NCBI GenBank assembly: GCA_964550945.1
Contig: CAZKBD010000009.1
Location: 1 to 36,498 of the forward strand
DNA length: 36,498 bases
Source of the DNA: an uncultured Methanosarcinales archaeon
GTDB lineage: Archaea; Nanobdellota; Nanobdellia; Woesearchaeales; CAZKBD01
Reading direction: 5' to 3'
The notes below the pieces were generated by a model. That model was not told the origin of the DNA, searched no databases, and saw nothing but the letters and a program-made list of their open reading frames with translations. Below, in pieces: positions 1 through 8,699 of the stretch (position 1 is its first letter; every line of letters begins with the position of its first letter). The position numbers and the translations under genes are program-made.

Positions 1-70
1 AAGCAGGGAATTTTGGCTGATTATTAAATGTGTAAACTAATTATCAAATTGAACATAAAAAGGTAAAATC

Positions 71-86
71 GAAAGATTTAAATATA
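71..86 (+). promoter_or_regulatory. Archaeal BRE + TATA box for the 200..3139 gene
   Basis: GAAAGA-TTTAAATA-TA, with TATA at 77-84. Implies a start site near 108-110 and a ~90-nt leader ending in the GAGGGAGG RBS at 183-190. Confidence 0.7.
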
Positions 87-199
87 TGCCCAGAAATATT
101 CATCTAAACAGAGTTTATACTCTGCTATCAGAATAAGAGGGGGGGATTATTTGTCCTCTATAATATTAATTTTCATTTAAAAGAGGGAGGTTTTAGAAA

Positions 200-3139
200 A
201 TGAATACAAAAAAGATGGTGTTAATACTAGTTAGTTTGGTGTTTTTGTTTGCAATGTGCGTGGGTGTAAGTGCGTTTCCCACCAATCTTAGTGTTTCTAA
301 TGTGACGGTCTACCAATATTTTACAGGTCCTAAGATTGTACTTCAGAATTATTCCGGGGGAAGCTATTACCTCAAATCAGCTATTTATAACCTCGAATTA
401 TACCTAAACAATACTGATTTAAGTGTGAACATAACCGATGTTAACGTCACTCTTCCTAGCGGAGTTACCTTTGTGGCAGGATCAAATGATACAGACTCTA
501 CTGCAGCAGAAGCTTCATTTTCGAATACCACCAATAAATTAATCTGGTCAGCTACTGCTCCAGATGGGCTAATCGCTAACGGTTCTCTTACTTACAAAAT
601 ATTCTCATTTAACGTTACTGTTTCTTCTGGCAGCGATGGTGCTAAGGAGATAAGGATAGAAACTAAAGGATTAGCTCCAGGAGGCTATAACTTAACGAAC
701 AATATCGTTGCAGATACGACAGCACCAACTTTTGTGAATGCAACATTTGGTCCTGGGCCACAGGGAGTAGGTGCAGGCGATAACAACTACATCTATGCGT
801 TTATGAGCGAAACTCTTAATGGCAGCAGTGGTAGTGACGTGTACTTTAATCTATTTAATGTGACTTATGCTGGTGTGACTTTTAATATCACAAGTGCTAA
901 TATCACAATATCGTCAGGAAGTAAATCTGTAATAAACCTTACCGTTGATAATGGACTCAAGTTAAACACACTGAAGGTTTACAATGCAACACCAGTTGTT
1001 GCATACCAACTAAAAGCAGCGGCTGGAGCAGATGACCCCTTGATTGATTTTGCTGGAAACCAACTTGCAAACGGATCCTCAGCAACAGCTGCTGATAAAG
1101 TGCCCCCTCAAATAGGAAATATCGTTACTTATAGCCATGTTACCAAGGAAGTGGTGGTCCAGTTTAGCGAGGATATTGATACAGCATGGTTAAACATCAC
1201 AGCAATCAGATTTAATAGCACATCAGGTGCTAATGCCAAGGGTGCAAATGTAGCATTGGTTGCAACTACAAATTCAACATCAGGTAACACCTCTACTATC
1301 ACTTTAAGTGACGATTCTAGAGATAATCTTGCTCCTGCGACTAGTTTGAATTTGACGTTAAATATGACAGCAGTTAAGGATAAATCAGGCAATTTTGTAA
1401 TTCCATACACAAACCACTGGCTAACCACTTATACAAGAGACACAACTGCTCCAACAGTAACAGGCTGGTTCTTCAATGCGAACACAAATGTTCTTCAAAT
1501 TAACTTTAGTGAAAGAATGAATGTGACAAGCTTTGGTAATTCAAGTATACTTATATCTTATTTCCAAAACATGAATCGGACAGAAACCGGGATAAATGTC
1601 ACGTCTATTGTCTTAACTACAAGTGAAGTATCTAAAATTGGAAGTTTGGGCAATAAGTCAATAAATTTCACAATGCAAAATAATGAAACAAGGAATATTT
1701 CCACTTGGTATAGGAGAAATGGAGCATCAACACTTTATCTATCTGTAATGAATGGCTCCGATAGCGGCAGCATATTTATGACTGATTTGACTAACAATAC
1801 TATCAGTAGGATTGTTAACTCTTCAGGAACAGCTGTTACAACATGGACGTTAGATACTACTGCTCCAACAATTGTTACGCTAAACATATCAAATGCAACC
1901 CTAAATGCAAGGGAGATAACAGGCACAGTAGACTTCAGCGAAGAAATGAATCCAGAGGCAAATGTTTCTATCAACTTTTCGATTGGCTCAACTTCATACA
2001 TATTATTTACCACAGTAGTTACTAATCAAAGCTTATGGCAATTCAACTTCACTCCATCGAATGATTCGAGTGCAGATGGATTGAGAACAATGACCATCGG
2101 TGGAGCAAAAGACGACTATAATCAGACATTGGCATCAACATCAAGATTCGCATTTAGGTTTGATTCAACAGGCCCAAAACTACTCTGGGCTTACTTAGTT
2201 GACAACAGAACAAAAGATTCTTCTACAAACACATATAACTTAGCAAGGGTCACCGCATTAACTGCAAGTGGAGCAAATAGGGATTTAGTAGAGTCTACTT
2301 TAGTATTAGTGTTTAATGAGAATATTACAGAGGATGCCGCAACCAACAGCACATTTAACCTAACTGTGCAAGGAGATGGCGTTAATATCTCAACTGATGC
2401 AATAGCAAGGGATGCAACAGATTTATGGAAACTGAATATCACATTTTCAAGCGCTACAAATCTAACAATAAGGGGAAGATACAATAGCTCATTGCTTGGA
2501 ATAGGAAATAGCTCAGGAATAGATATAAACAACGCAACATTGTGGAACGGTGGGAGCTTAACCGATGTTGCAGGAAACCCCGCGTTAACAAATACATCAG
2601 CAGTTGATATTGCAGATGCCATGATTGAGTTTACAGGTAATGTATCAAAAACACTCTCTATACCAGCATGCGCAGATTCTGTTGAAATAAACAGATACCT
2701 AAGCACAGTAACATCTGCTTGTTCAGCATACACAGCAGGAGCATGGGGCAATGCAGTTTCAAGCGCAAACTTCCTGCCAATAAGAGGATATAAATGCACA
2801 TTGCATGGCGCTCTTGACTTGCCAATTTACACTATGAAAGTAGCAGAGTGCGGACTGCCACCACCCTCAGTAAGTTTAACACAAGGATGGGCATTGGTTG
2901 CAGTTAACCAATTCACATGGAGCAACGCCACTTTATACTTGAGCGATTTAGGATCAGGCTCACAAGTAAGCTATGTGTACACAGGAATTGACACAGCTCA
3001 AAGCGCGGCAAAACACCAGAGAGCAGATAGTGTAGCTCTGAATTATGGTAACTTGACATTAAACCCATACACTGGATATTGGATATTTACCAACTTTGAC
3101 CAGTCAAGCAAGACATTTACAGGTAATGGTATAATATAA
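200..3139 (+). CDS. Secreted S-layer-like glycoprotein with tandem Ig-like (DxTAP...FSE...DxAGN) domains and a divergent C-terminal GW...GYW tail module
   Basis: 979-aa ORF with RBS GAGGGAGG 9 nt upstream and Sec signal MNTKKMVLILVSLVFLFAMCVGVSA. Repeated DTTAP/DKVPP...FSE...DxAGN units, roughly 55-60 NxS/T sequons (manual count), no C-terminal TM helix. Confidence 0.85.
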   Translation: MNTKKMVLILVSLVFLFAMCVGVSAFPTNLSVSNVTVYQYFTGPKIVLQNYSGGSYYLKSAIYNLELYLNNTDLSVNITDVNVTLPSGVTFVAGSNDTDSTAAEASFSNTTNKLIWSATAPDGLIANGSLTYKIFSFNVTVSSGSDGAKEIRIETKGLAPGGYNLTNNIVADTTAPTFVNATFGPGPQGVGAGDNNYIYAFMSETLNGSSGSDVYFNLFNVTYAGVTFNITSANITISSGSKSVINLTVDNGLKLNTLKVYNATPVVAYQLKAAAGADDPLIDFAGNQLANGSSATAADKVPPQIGNIVTYSHVTKEVVVQFSEDIDTAWLNITAIRFNSTSGANAKGANVALVATTNSTSGNTSTITLSDDSRDNLAPATSLNLTLNMTAVKDKSGNFVIPYTNHWLTTYTRDTTAPTVTGWFFNANTNVLQINFSERMNVTSFGNSSILISYFQNMNRTETGINVTSIVLTTSEVSKIGSLGNKSINFTMQNNETRNISTWYRRNGASTLYLSVMNGSDSGSIFMTDLTNNTISRIVNSSGTAVTTWTLDTTAPTIVTLNISNATLNAREITGTVDFSEEMNPEANVSINFSIGSTSYILFTTVVTNQSLWQFNFTPSNDSSADGLRTMTIGGAKDDYNQTLASTSRFAFRFDSTGPKLLWAYLVDNRTKDSSTNTYNLARVTALTASGANRDLVESTLVLVFNENITEDAATNSTFNLTVQGDGVNISTDAIARDATDLWKLNITFSSATNLTIRGRYNSSLLGIGNSSGIDINNATLWNGGSLTDVAGNPALTNTSAVDIADAMIEFTGNVSKTLSIPACADSVEINRYLSTVTSACSAYTAGAWGNAVSSANFLPIRGYKCTLHGALDLPIYTMKVAECGLPPPSVSLTQGWALVAVNQFTWSNATLYLSDLGSGSQVSYVYTGIDTAQSAAKHQRADSVALNYGNLTLNPYTGYWIFTNFDQSSKTFTGNGII
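2174..3086 (+). repeat. 913-bp direct repeat, copy 1 (in-frame, coding)
   Basis: Line-by-line match to 6838..7750 (offset 4664). Only two differences, both synonymous (2209 A/G, 2224 T/A). Confidence 0.97.
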
Positions 3140-3143
3140 ACCA

Positions 3144-3168
3144 TTTTTTTATTTTTATTTTACATTTT
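3144..3168 (+). terminator. Oligo-T tract, possible archaeal terminator
   Basis: TTTTTTTATTTTTATTTTACATTTT immediately after the stop codon at 3139. Confidence 0.45.
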
Positions 3169-3183
3169 GGAGGGGGAAAGTTA

Positions 3184-4122
3184 ATGACAATCAAAAAATT
3201 AGTTATTGTTGTAATTGTTCTGATATCATTGATTAATTTTGCAGCTGCAGTTTCATCGCCTGTGCAGGATCCTCATTGGTTTTATGGAATTGTTACCATA
3301 AATAGTAGGTCTATGGCCGCAGGCTCTACAATCACTGCTACAATCGGTGGAGTGGAAAAAGGGAGTATAACAGTTACTCCAGCAAGCCAATATGGAGCTT
3401 CTGGCAGTGGTTCTAAACTAGCAGTTACAGGATGCGGCACTGATGAAGATTGTTATAGTTCTACACAGACGATTTCATTTTCAGCTACTGTTCTCCAATT
3501 CTCAGATGTAACTTGCGGAACTGCGACATTTACAGCAGGCAAGTTAGAGGAAAAGAATTTAGCATGCACTGCAACTGAAATCGGAGGATATAACCCTCCC
3601 GGACCAGGAACAGCAAGCGGAGGGCCTACAGGTGGAGGCGGAGGAGGCGGAGGAGCTGCAGCACCAGCAGCAGTAGTGTCAAAAATAAAAGAAAATATTC
3701 TTGCAGATGAAGGTGGTACAGTTATTATGGGAGTTGGTGATATCTCAAAAATTAATATCAAAGGCATAAAACACGAATTTAAGTTGGATAACATAGGCGA
3801 TGATTATATTGAAGGTGTATGGAGTTCAGATCCAATAAGCGTTTTAGTTCGTTTAGCTCAAACTATTGAGACTGATTTAGGTAAAGATGGAGTAAATGAT
3901 ATCTCTACAAAGTTGGAGAGTATTTCTTCGGATAAAAAAGAGGCTACAATAACTATAAAACCTGTCAAAGAAGAAATAATAGCCCCACCACCTCCACCAC
4001 CGCCAGCAGAAAAGCCAAGAATTGTGACAGCGCAAGTTGTAATTGGGCTCACTATAATGATCTTGATTGTTTTAGTTGGCTTAGGAATTTACTATGGGGT
4101 TTCAAGGAAGAAAAAAGAGTGA
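3184..4122 (+). CDS. Membrane-anchored surface protein: signal peptide, PxxFYG head domain, poly-Gly linker, beta domain, poly-Pro linker, C-terminal TM helix and basic tail
   Basis: 312 aa with RBS GGAGGGGG. Head PHWFYGIVTINSRSMAAGSTITATIGG, linkers GGGGGGGG and PPPPPPP, C-terminal VVIGLTIMILIVLVGLGIYYGV-SRKKKE. Confidence 0.88.
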   Translation: MTIKKLVIVVIVLISLINFAAAVSSPVQDPHWFYGIVTINSRSMAAGSTITATIGGVEKGSITVTPASQYGASGSGSKLAVTGCGTDEDCYSSTQTISFSATVLQFSDVTCGTATFTAGKLEEKNLACTATEIGGYNPPGPGTASGGPTGGGGGGGGAAAPAAVVSKIKENILADEGGTVIMGVGDISKINIKGIKHEFKLDNIGDDYIEGVWSSDPISVLVRLAQTIETDLGKDGVNDISTKLESISSDKKEATITIKPVKEEIIAPPPPPPPAEKPRIVTAQVVIGLTIMILIVLVGLGIYYGVSRKKKE

Positions 4123-4158
4123 TAGAGACCTATAAATTTAAGCATTTAGGGTGATTTT

Positions 4159-4437
4159 ATGGATAAGAAAAACCTTATTTTGGGAATAATTGCTTTGATT
4201 CTATTTGCTTTTGTTATGTTCTCCGCATTTAGAGGGGGAGTAACTGCTGCAGCCACTTATTGCGATAACTGCGCTCAGGCAGAGGATTGCGAGAAATACT
4301 GCTATAACGATTGCATAAAGCAAGGCTATGATGTTGTGACTTCTTCTGGAATGGAAGCTAATGGCAAAGTAGAGTGCACTTGCACTTGTGAGAGTTATCT
4401 GAACAATTTGGTTACTGGGAAAACAGTGAAGAAATAA
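4159..4437 (+). CDS. Small secreted or membrane-tethered 8-Cys protein
   Basis: 92 aa, GGGTGA RBS 4 nt before the ATG, N-terminal hydrophobic helix, Cys pattern CxxC-x5-CxxxCxxxC-x20-CxCxC. Confidence 0.8.
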   Translation: MDKKNLILGIIALILFAFVMFSAFRGGVTAAATYCDNCAQAEDCEKYCYNDCIKQGYDVVTSSGMEANGKVECTCTCESYLNNLVTGKTVKK

Positions 4438-4497
4438 ATAATGGCTGCACTCAAATTTAGTTGTTTTTATATAATAAATAATAAAAAGAGGTGGAAA

Positions 4498-7400
4498 ATT
4501 CAAATAAATAAATTCATTTTTAAAAGTAGCATACTATTTACTCTTTTTTTTATGTTTCTGGCTAGTTCTGATTATGTTCTTGCAGCCAATGTCGTATTCA
4601 CTGGATATACTTATAATGTAACAGAAGGAGCATTGCCCAACACAAACGTTACAATTGAGATTTGGCAGGAAAATCCTTGGGGCTCAACTGCGTCTTACTC
4701 AAATATAAGCGGCGCGAATGGAAACTGGTCAATAACTATTGATGATTCAGTGCTTACTGGTAAAATGGTTAAGTTTATACCAAGGCATTATGTGTCAGCT
4801 AATGTTGTAAACTATGTTGGAGGAACATTACCTCCCTTCCCTTATCAAGAAATTGTTTCTATGCTAAATCTAAGCGCAATTAATTTTTATCTTAAGGAAG
4901 CAGCTACAATATCTATAAATGCAACTAATGCATCTGGTGGAATGTATGCAGTTAACTTTACTTATATGGTGAAAGACACAAAAGTTGGTTTTGATATTGA
5001 ATCAAACTGGCAAACTCCTGTTTATAACAAAACAATTTATGTCCCAGCTGACAGGAATTATTCTATTGAGATATTTCCGCAACAAGCTATGCCTATATAT
5101 TATAACCTAAATAACCTGCCATCTTATACTGGCGTAAAACATATTAATATCACGTTTAATACAACAACCTCTCCAATAAGGGTGTATGGATATGTTAATC
5201 TATCTAATGGAACATCTGGTAATTTTACTGAATTGAATATAGTAAATTACCTCTTAGAACCAGGAAATATGGTATTTAGCGGCAACGCAATGCCTAATAA
5301 TATGAGTGAATGGGCTGGGCTGGGGGATTTTTATAATACCACAAGCGGCTGGTATAATATATCTTTGCAAGGCACAACAATGTCCTCCCAAGTTTTAATG
5401 TTTGTCGTGGCAAAAGTAGGCAACCAATATTTTGGAGGCTTTAGGAATATTTCTCCAACAATTGGAGCAGATGTTACTGGATTTAATTTTACTTTGTACT
5501 TGTTGTTTGGAAATGCAACTAATAGCAGCATACAAAGAGCTATCGCTACTCAGGAATTTGGGAATCAAATAAATATTACTTCTGCACAAACATTGTTTGC
5601 TTTTGTGAACAGCACAGGCAGCGATCTAACAACAGCAACAGGCCATTTAGAAATACAACTTGCTTATTCTAAATTAGACTCTAGATTTCCTGATTTTACC
5701 TGGATGGTTGATGTAGCCCAGGGAGGTTTAGGCAGATTCACACTACCTCTTCTTAATTATAGCGTCAAAAAGTTGAATATGTTCACGCAGAGCTATGCGC
5801 CATTGAAATTATCCTATACAGCTGCGCAGCTTAATGTTCCACATATAAATATAAATTTAACTGCATTTAATCCTGGCGGAGTTGATGAGGATTTTGGCGA
5901 CATTGAAATGAAAATGATGAAAAGTTCAGCAGAATGCGATGTTCCTAGCCCGCCAACCAGCTGCGACTTTGCAGCTTCATCAGATGAAGAGGGTGAAGAT
6001 GACTTTAAGCCATTGAATGCTGTTATTTCAGGAGGGAAAATAAGCTTAAGGATTAAAAAAGGCGATATAACTGTTCATTATAAAAATGTAGACATGATTG
6101 CTTCAGGGCCCCCAGACGCTGCTTTTGATGATAATGCATCCAGCTCTGCGACTAATGGCTCAACTTTAGAAGAAGCATGGCGATTTGGAAGCAAAGGGCC
6201 TGAGATATATGATAGTGTTCTTATAGGTATCCCATATAACTCAAGTAATTATGATGAAAGAAGAGATTTTATCACAACAATTAAAAAATTGTATGATCCT
6301 AATTGGAATTTAATATGGGATGTTGATACTAACGGAACAGCCGGGCTTAAAACAAACTATACAGACTACACTGATTTTGATGACAATTGGTTTACTGGAA
6401 AAACCTGCAGCAAAACTGATGCCTCACAACAATGTTTTGTTAATACAACTACAGATATTATGTGGCTGACTATACCCCATTTCTCCGGGGTAGGCCCTCA
6501 ATTTCAGGGCTATGTAGTTGATTATGGCGGACCAGGAGTTAAAACACTTAATATAAGCAATGTAACATTGAACGGAAGAAGACACGATTTTAATGTTATA
6601 TTCAATGAAACAATGAACATAAGCATAAATGTAACCTTTACGTATACGCCAGCCACTGGATCAGCAAGTTTAGTTAACGGAACATGGTTTAATGCTACAA
6701 TATGGAATGGAACATTTACAATACAAAATAGCACTGCTAATGGTGTGGCTGCGGTAATCCTTGCTGGCGCAAAAGACAACCAAAGCAATACAATGAATAC
6801 TGAAGCAAGGTTTACATTTACGATAGATACTGTAGCACCAAAACTACTCTGGGCTTACTTAGTTGACAACAGGACAAAAGATTCTTCAACAAACACATAT
6901 AACTTAGCAAGGGTCACCGCATTAACTGCAAGTGGAGCAAATAGGGATTTAGTAGAGTCTACTTTAGTATTAGTGTTTAATGAGAATATTACAGAGGATG
7001 CCGCAACCAACAGCACATTTAACCTAACTGTGCAAGGAGATGGCGTTAATATCTCAACTGATGCAATAGCAAGGGATGCAACAGATTTATGGAAACTGAA
7101 TATCACATTTTCAAGCGCTACAAATCTAACAATAAGGGGAAGATACAATAGCTCATTGCTTGGAATAGGAAATAGCTCAGGAATAGATATAAACAACGCA
7201 ACATTGTGGAACGGTGGGAGCTTAACCGATGTTGCAGGAAACCCCGCGTTAACAAATACATCAGCAGTTGATATTGCAGATGCCATGATTGAGTTTACAG
7301 GTAATGTATCAAAAACACTCTCTATACCAGCATGCGCAGATTCTGTTGAAATAAACAGATACCTAAGCACAGTAACATCTGCTTGTTCAGCATACACAGC

Positions 7401-7803
7401 AGGAGCATGGGGCAATGCAGTTTCAAGCGCAAACTTCCTGCCAATAAGAGGATATAAATGCACATTGCATGGCGCTCTTGACTTGCCAATTTACACTATG
7501 AAAGTAGCAGAGTGCGGACTGCCACCACCCTCAGTAAGTTTAACACAAGGATGGGCATTGGTTGCAGTTAACCAATTCACATGGAGCAACGCCACTTTAT
7601 ACTTGAGCGATTTAGGATCAGGCTCACAAGTAAGCTATGTGTACACAGGAATTGACACAGCTCAAAGCGCGGCAAAACACCAGAGAGCAGATAGTGTAGC
7701 TCTGAATTATGGTAACTTGACATTAAACCCATACACTGGATATTGGATATATACTGACTTTAATGCGGCGAGTAAACTATTTAGCGGTAATGGGATAATA
7801 TAG
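4498..7803 (+). CDS. Large secreted glycoprotein. N-terminal beta-sandwich domains; C-terminal ~304 aa identical to the 200..3139 protein (Ig-like + GW...GYW tail)
   Basis: ORF is open from 4441. The GAGGTGG RBS (4488-4494) points to in-frame ATT at 4498, giving a normal signal peptide (MQINKFIFKSSILFTLFFMFLASSDYVLA). Start is uncertain (4441 ATG, 4498 ATT or 4504 ATA). Many sequons, no TM anchor. Confidence 0.8.
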   Translation: MQINKFIFKSSILFTLFFMFLASSDYVLAANVVFTGYTYNVTEGALPNTNVTIEIWQENPWGSTASYSNISGANGNWSITIDDSVLTGKMVKFIPRHYVSANVVNYVGGTLPPFPYQEIVSMLNLSAINFYLKEAATISINATNASGGMYAVNFTYMVKDTKVGFDIESNWQTPVYNKTIYVPADRNYSIEIFPQQAMPIYYNLNNLPSYTGVKHINITFNTTTSPIRVYGYVNLSNGTSGNFTELNIVNYLLEPGNMVFSGNAMPNNMSEWAGLGDFYNTTSGWYNISLQGTTMSSQVLMFVVAKVGNQYFGGFRNISPTIGADVTGFNFTLYLLFGNATNSSIQRAIATQEFGNQINITSAQTLFAFVNSTGSDLTTATGHLEIQLAYSKLDSRFPDFTWMVDVAQGGLGRFTLPLLNYSVKKLNMFTQSYAPLKLSYTAAQLNVPHININLTAFNPGGVDEDFGDIEMKMMKSSAECDVPSPPTSCDFAASSDEEGEDDFKPLNAVISGGKISLRIKKGDITVHYKNVDMIASGPPDAAFDDNASSSATNGSTLEEAWRFGSKGPEIYDSVLIGIPYNSSNYDERRDFITTIKKLYDPNWNLIWDVDTNGTAGLKTNYTDYTDFDDNWFTGKTCSKTDASQQCFVNTTTDIMWLTIPHFSGVGPQFQGYVVDYGGPGVKTLNISNVTLNGRRHDFNVIFNETMNISINVTFTYTPATGSASLVNGTWFNATIWNGTFTIQNSTANGVAAVILAGAKDNQSNTMNTEARFTFTIDTVAPKLLWAYLVDNRTKDSSTNTYNLARVTALTASGANRDLVESTLVLVFNENITEDAATNSTFNLTVQGDGVNISTDAIARDATDLWKLNITFSSATNLTIRGRYNSSLLGIGNSSGIDINNATLWNGGSLTDVAGNPALTNTSAVDIADAMIEFTGNVSKTLSIPACADSVEINRYLSTVTSACSAYTAGAWGNAVSSANFLPIRGYKCTLHGALDLPIYTMKVAECGLPPPSVSLTQGWALVAVNQFTWSNATLYLSDLGSGSQVSYVYTGIDTAQSAAKHQRADSVALNYGNLTLNPYTGYWIYTDFNAASKLFSGNGII
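6838..7750 (+). repeat. 913-bp direct repeat, copy 2 (in-frame, coding)
   Basis: Matches 2174..3086. Perfect identity over 862 bp (6889..7750 vs 2225..3086). Confidence 0.97.
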
Positions 7804-7832
7804 AATTTTATTACTTTTTCTATAATAACCAT

Positions 7833-8699
7833 TTATTCTATCACAATCGCAGCATAGCCAACAGCAGAATTATAATCATTAATCACATCTCCAGAAGTGT
7901 AATAATGCAGCAAACTGGCACTCTTTGCTCCTAGAAGCTTTGTTGTTTCTATTAATGTAGCAATCGGGATTTTTCCGCATATTGTTGCTCCTGTCTTCTC
8001 TATATAATATAAGAACTTTTTAGAATCCAGCTTTTTGATGCAATCTATTGCCTTTTTGTCAAGAGCATACATGCCCTCTTTTATATTGTCTGAGAAGGGA
8101 AAATACCCGTAATTAAGCCCAAAATGCGTAAAATCAGATGATGCAATTATTATCGCTTTGCTCCTTGTTTGCTCAATTGTTTTTGCAATAGCTTTGGCAA
8201 TTTCTGCATAATCCACATCGCCAGAAACAATAACAGGCGCTATCTTCAGCCTATTTAAGTTATCCCTGTTGGCAAACTGCAAGAATGGCAGCTGAACTTC
8301 AATTGAATGCTCCTGGCTGTTAGCGCTTTCATTTTGCTTTAACCCGGAATTTGCCATTAACACTCTATTAAACTCCTTATCCACTGTAACCATGCCAAAC
8401 GGCGTTTCCCAGTCTTCTAAAGATACACAGCTTCTGTAGCCAGAATGTGACAAGCCAAGAATAACATAAACATCTGCAAACTTGCTCTCTGCAATCTCTT
8501 TATAAGCCCAGGCAGCTCCAGGCCCAGAGAATTGATAGCCGGCATGCGGAGCTATAATTCCAAATATGCTTTTCTCCCTTTTCTTGACAGGCAGTGCTCC
8601 AGGCCCGAATTTCGATTCAAAGCACCCATTTATCTGCTTGTCTAATTCATCAAAACCAGATTCATAGAACATTCCGGCAACAATAGGCTTTCTTGGCAT
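7833..8699 (-). CDS. amrB: MEMO1-family protein (AmmeMemoRadiSam system protein B)
   Basis: 288 aa with family motifs RKPIVAGMFY, IAPHAGYQFSG, EHSIEVQLPFLQ, IASSDFTHFG, TICG, YYTSGD and VGYAA. Confidence 0.93.
   Translation of the reverse strand: MPRKPIVAGMFYESGFDELDKQINGCFESKFGPGALPVKKREKSIFGIIAPHAGYQFSGPGAAWAYKEIAESKFADVYVILGLSHSGYRSCVSLEDWETPFGMVTVDKEFNRVLMANSGLKQNESANSQEHSIEVQLPFLQFANRDNLNRLKIAPVIVSGDVDYAEIAKAIAKTIEQTRSKAIIIASSDFTHFGLNYGYFPFSDNIKEGMYALDKKAIDCIKKLDSKKFLYYIEKTGATICGKIPIATLIETTKLLGAKSASLLHYYTSGDVINDYNSAVGYAAIVIE

Noticed and set aside
2174..7803. Long repeat pair (and the CTLD elsewhere) as a diversity-generating retroelement TR/VR
   Set aside because: Only two mismatches, not adenine-specific in one copy. 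Both copies are coding, no reverse transcriptase is in the window, and the lectin is internal with no template copy.
7833..8699. amrB as part of the surface system
   Set aside because: Widespread cytoplasmic family with no signal peptide; no evidence beyond proximity.
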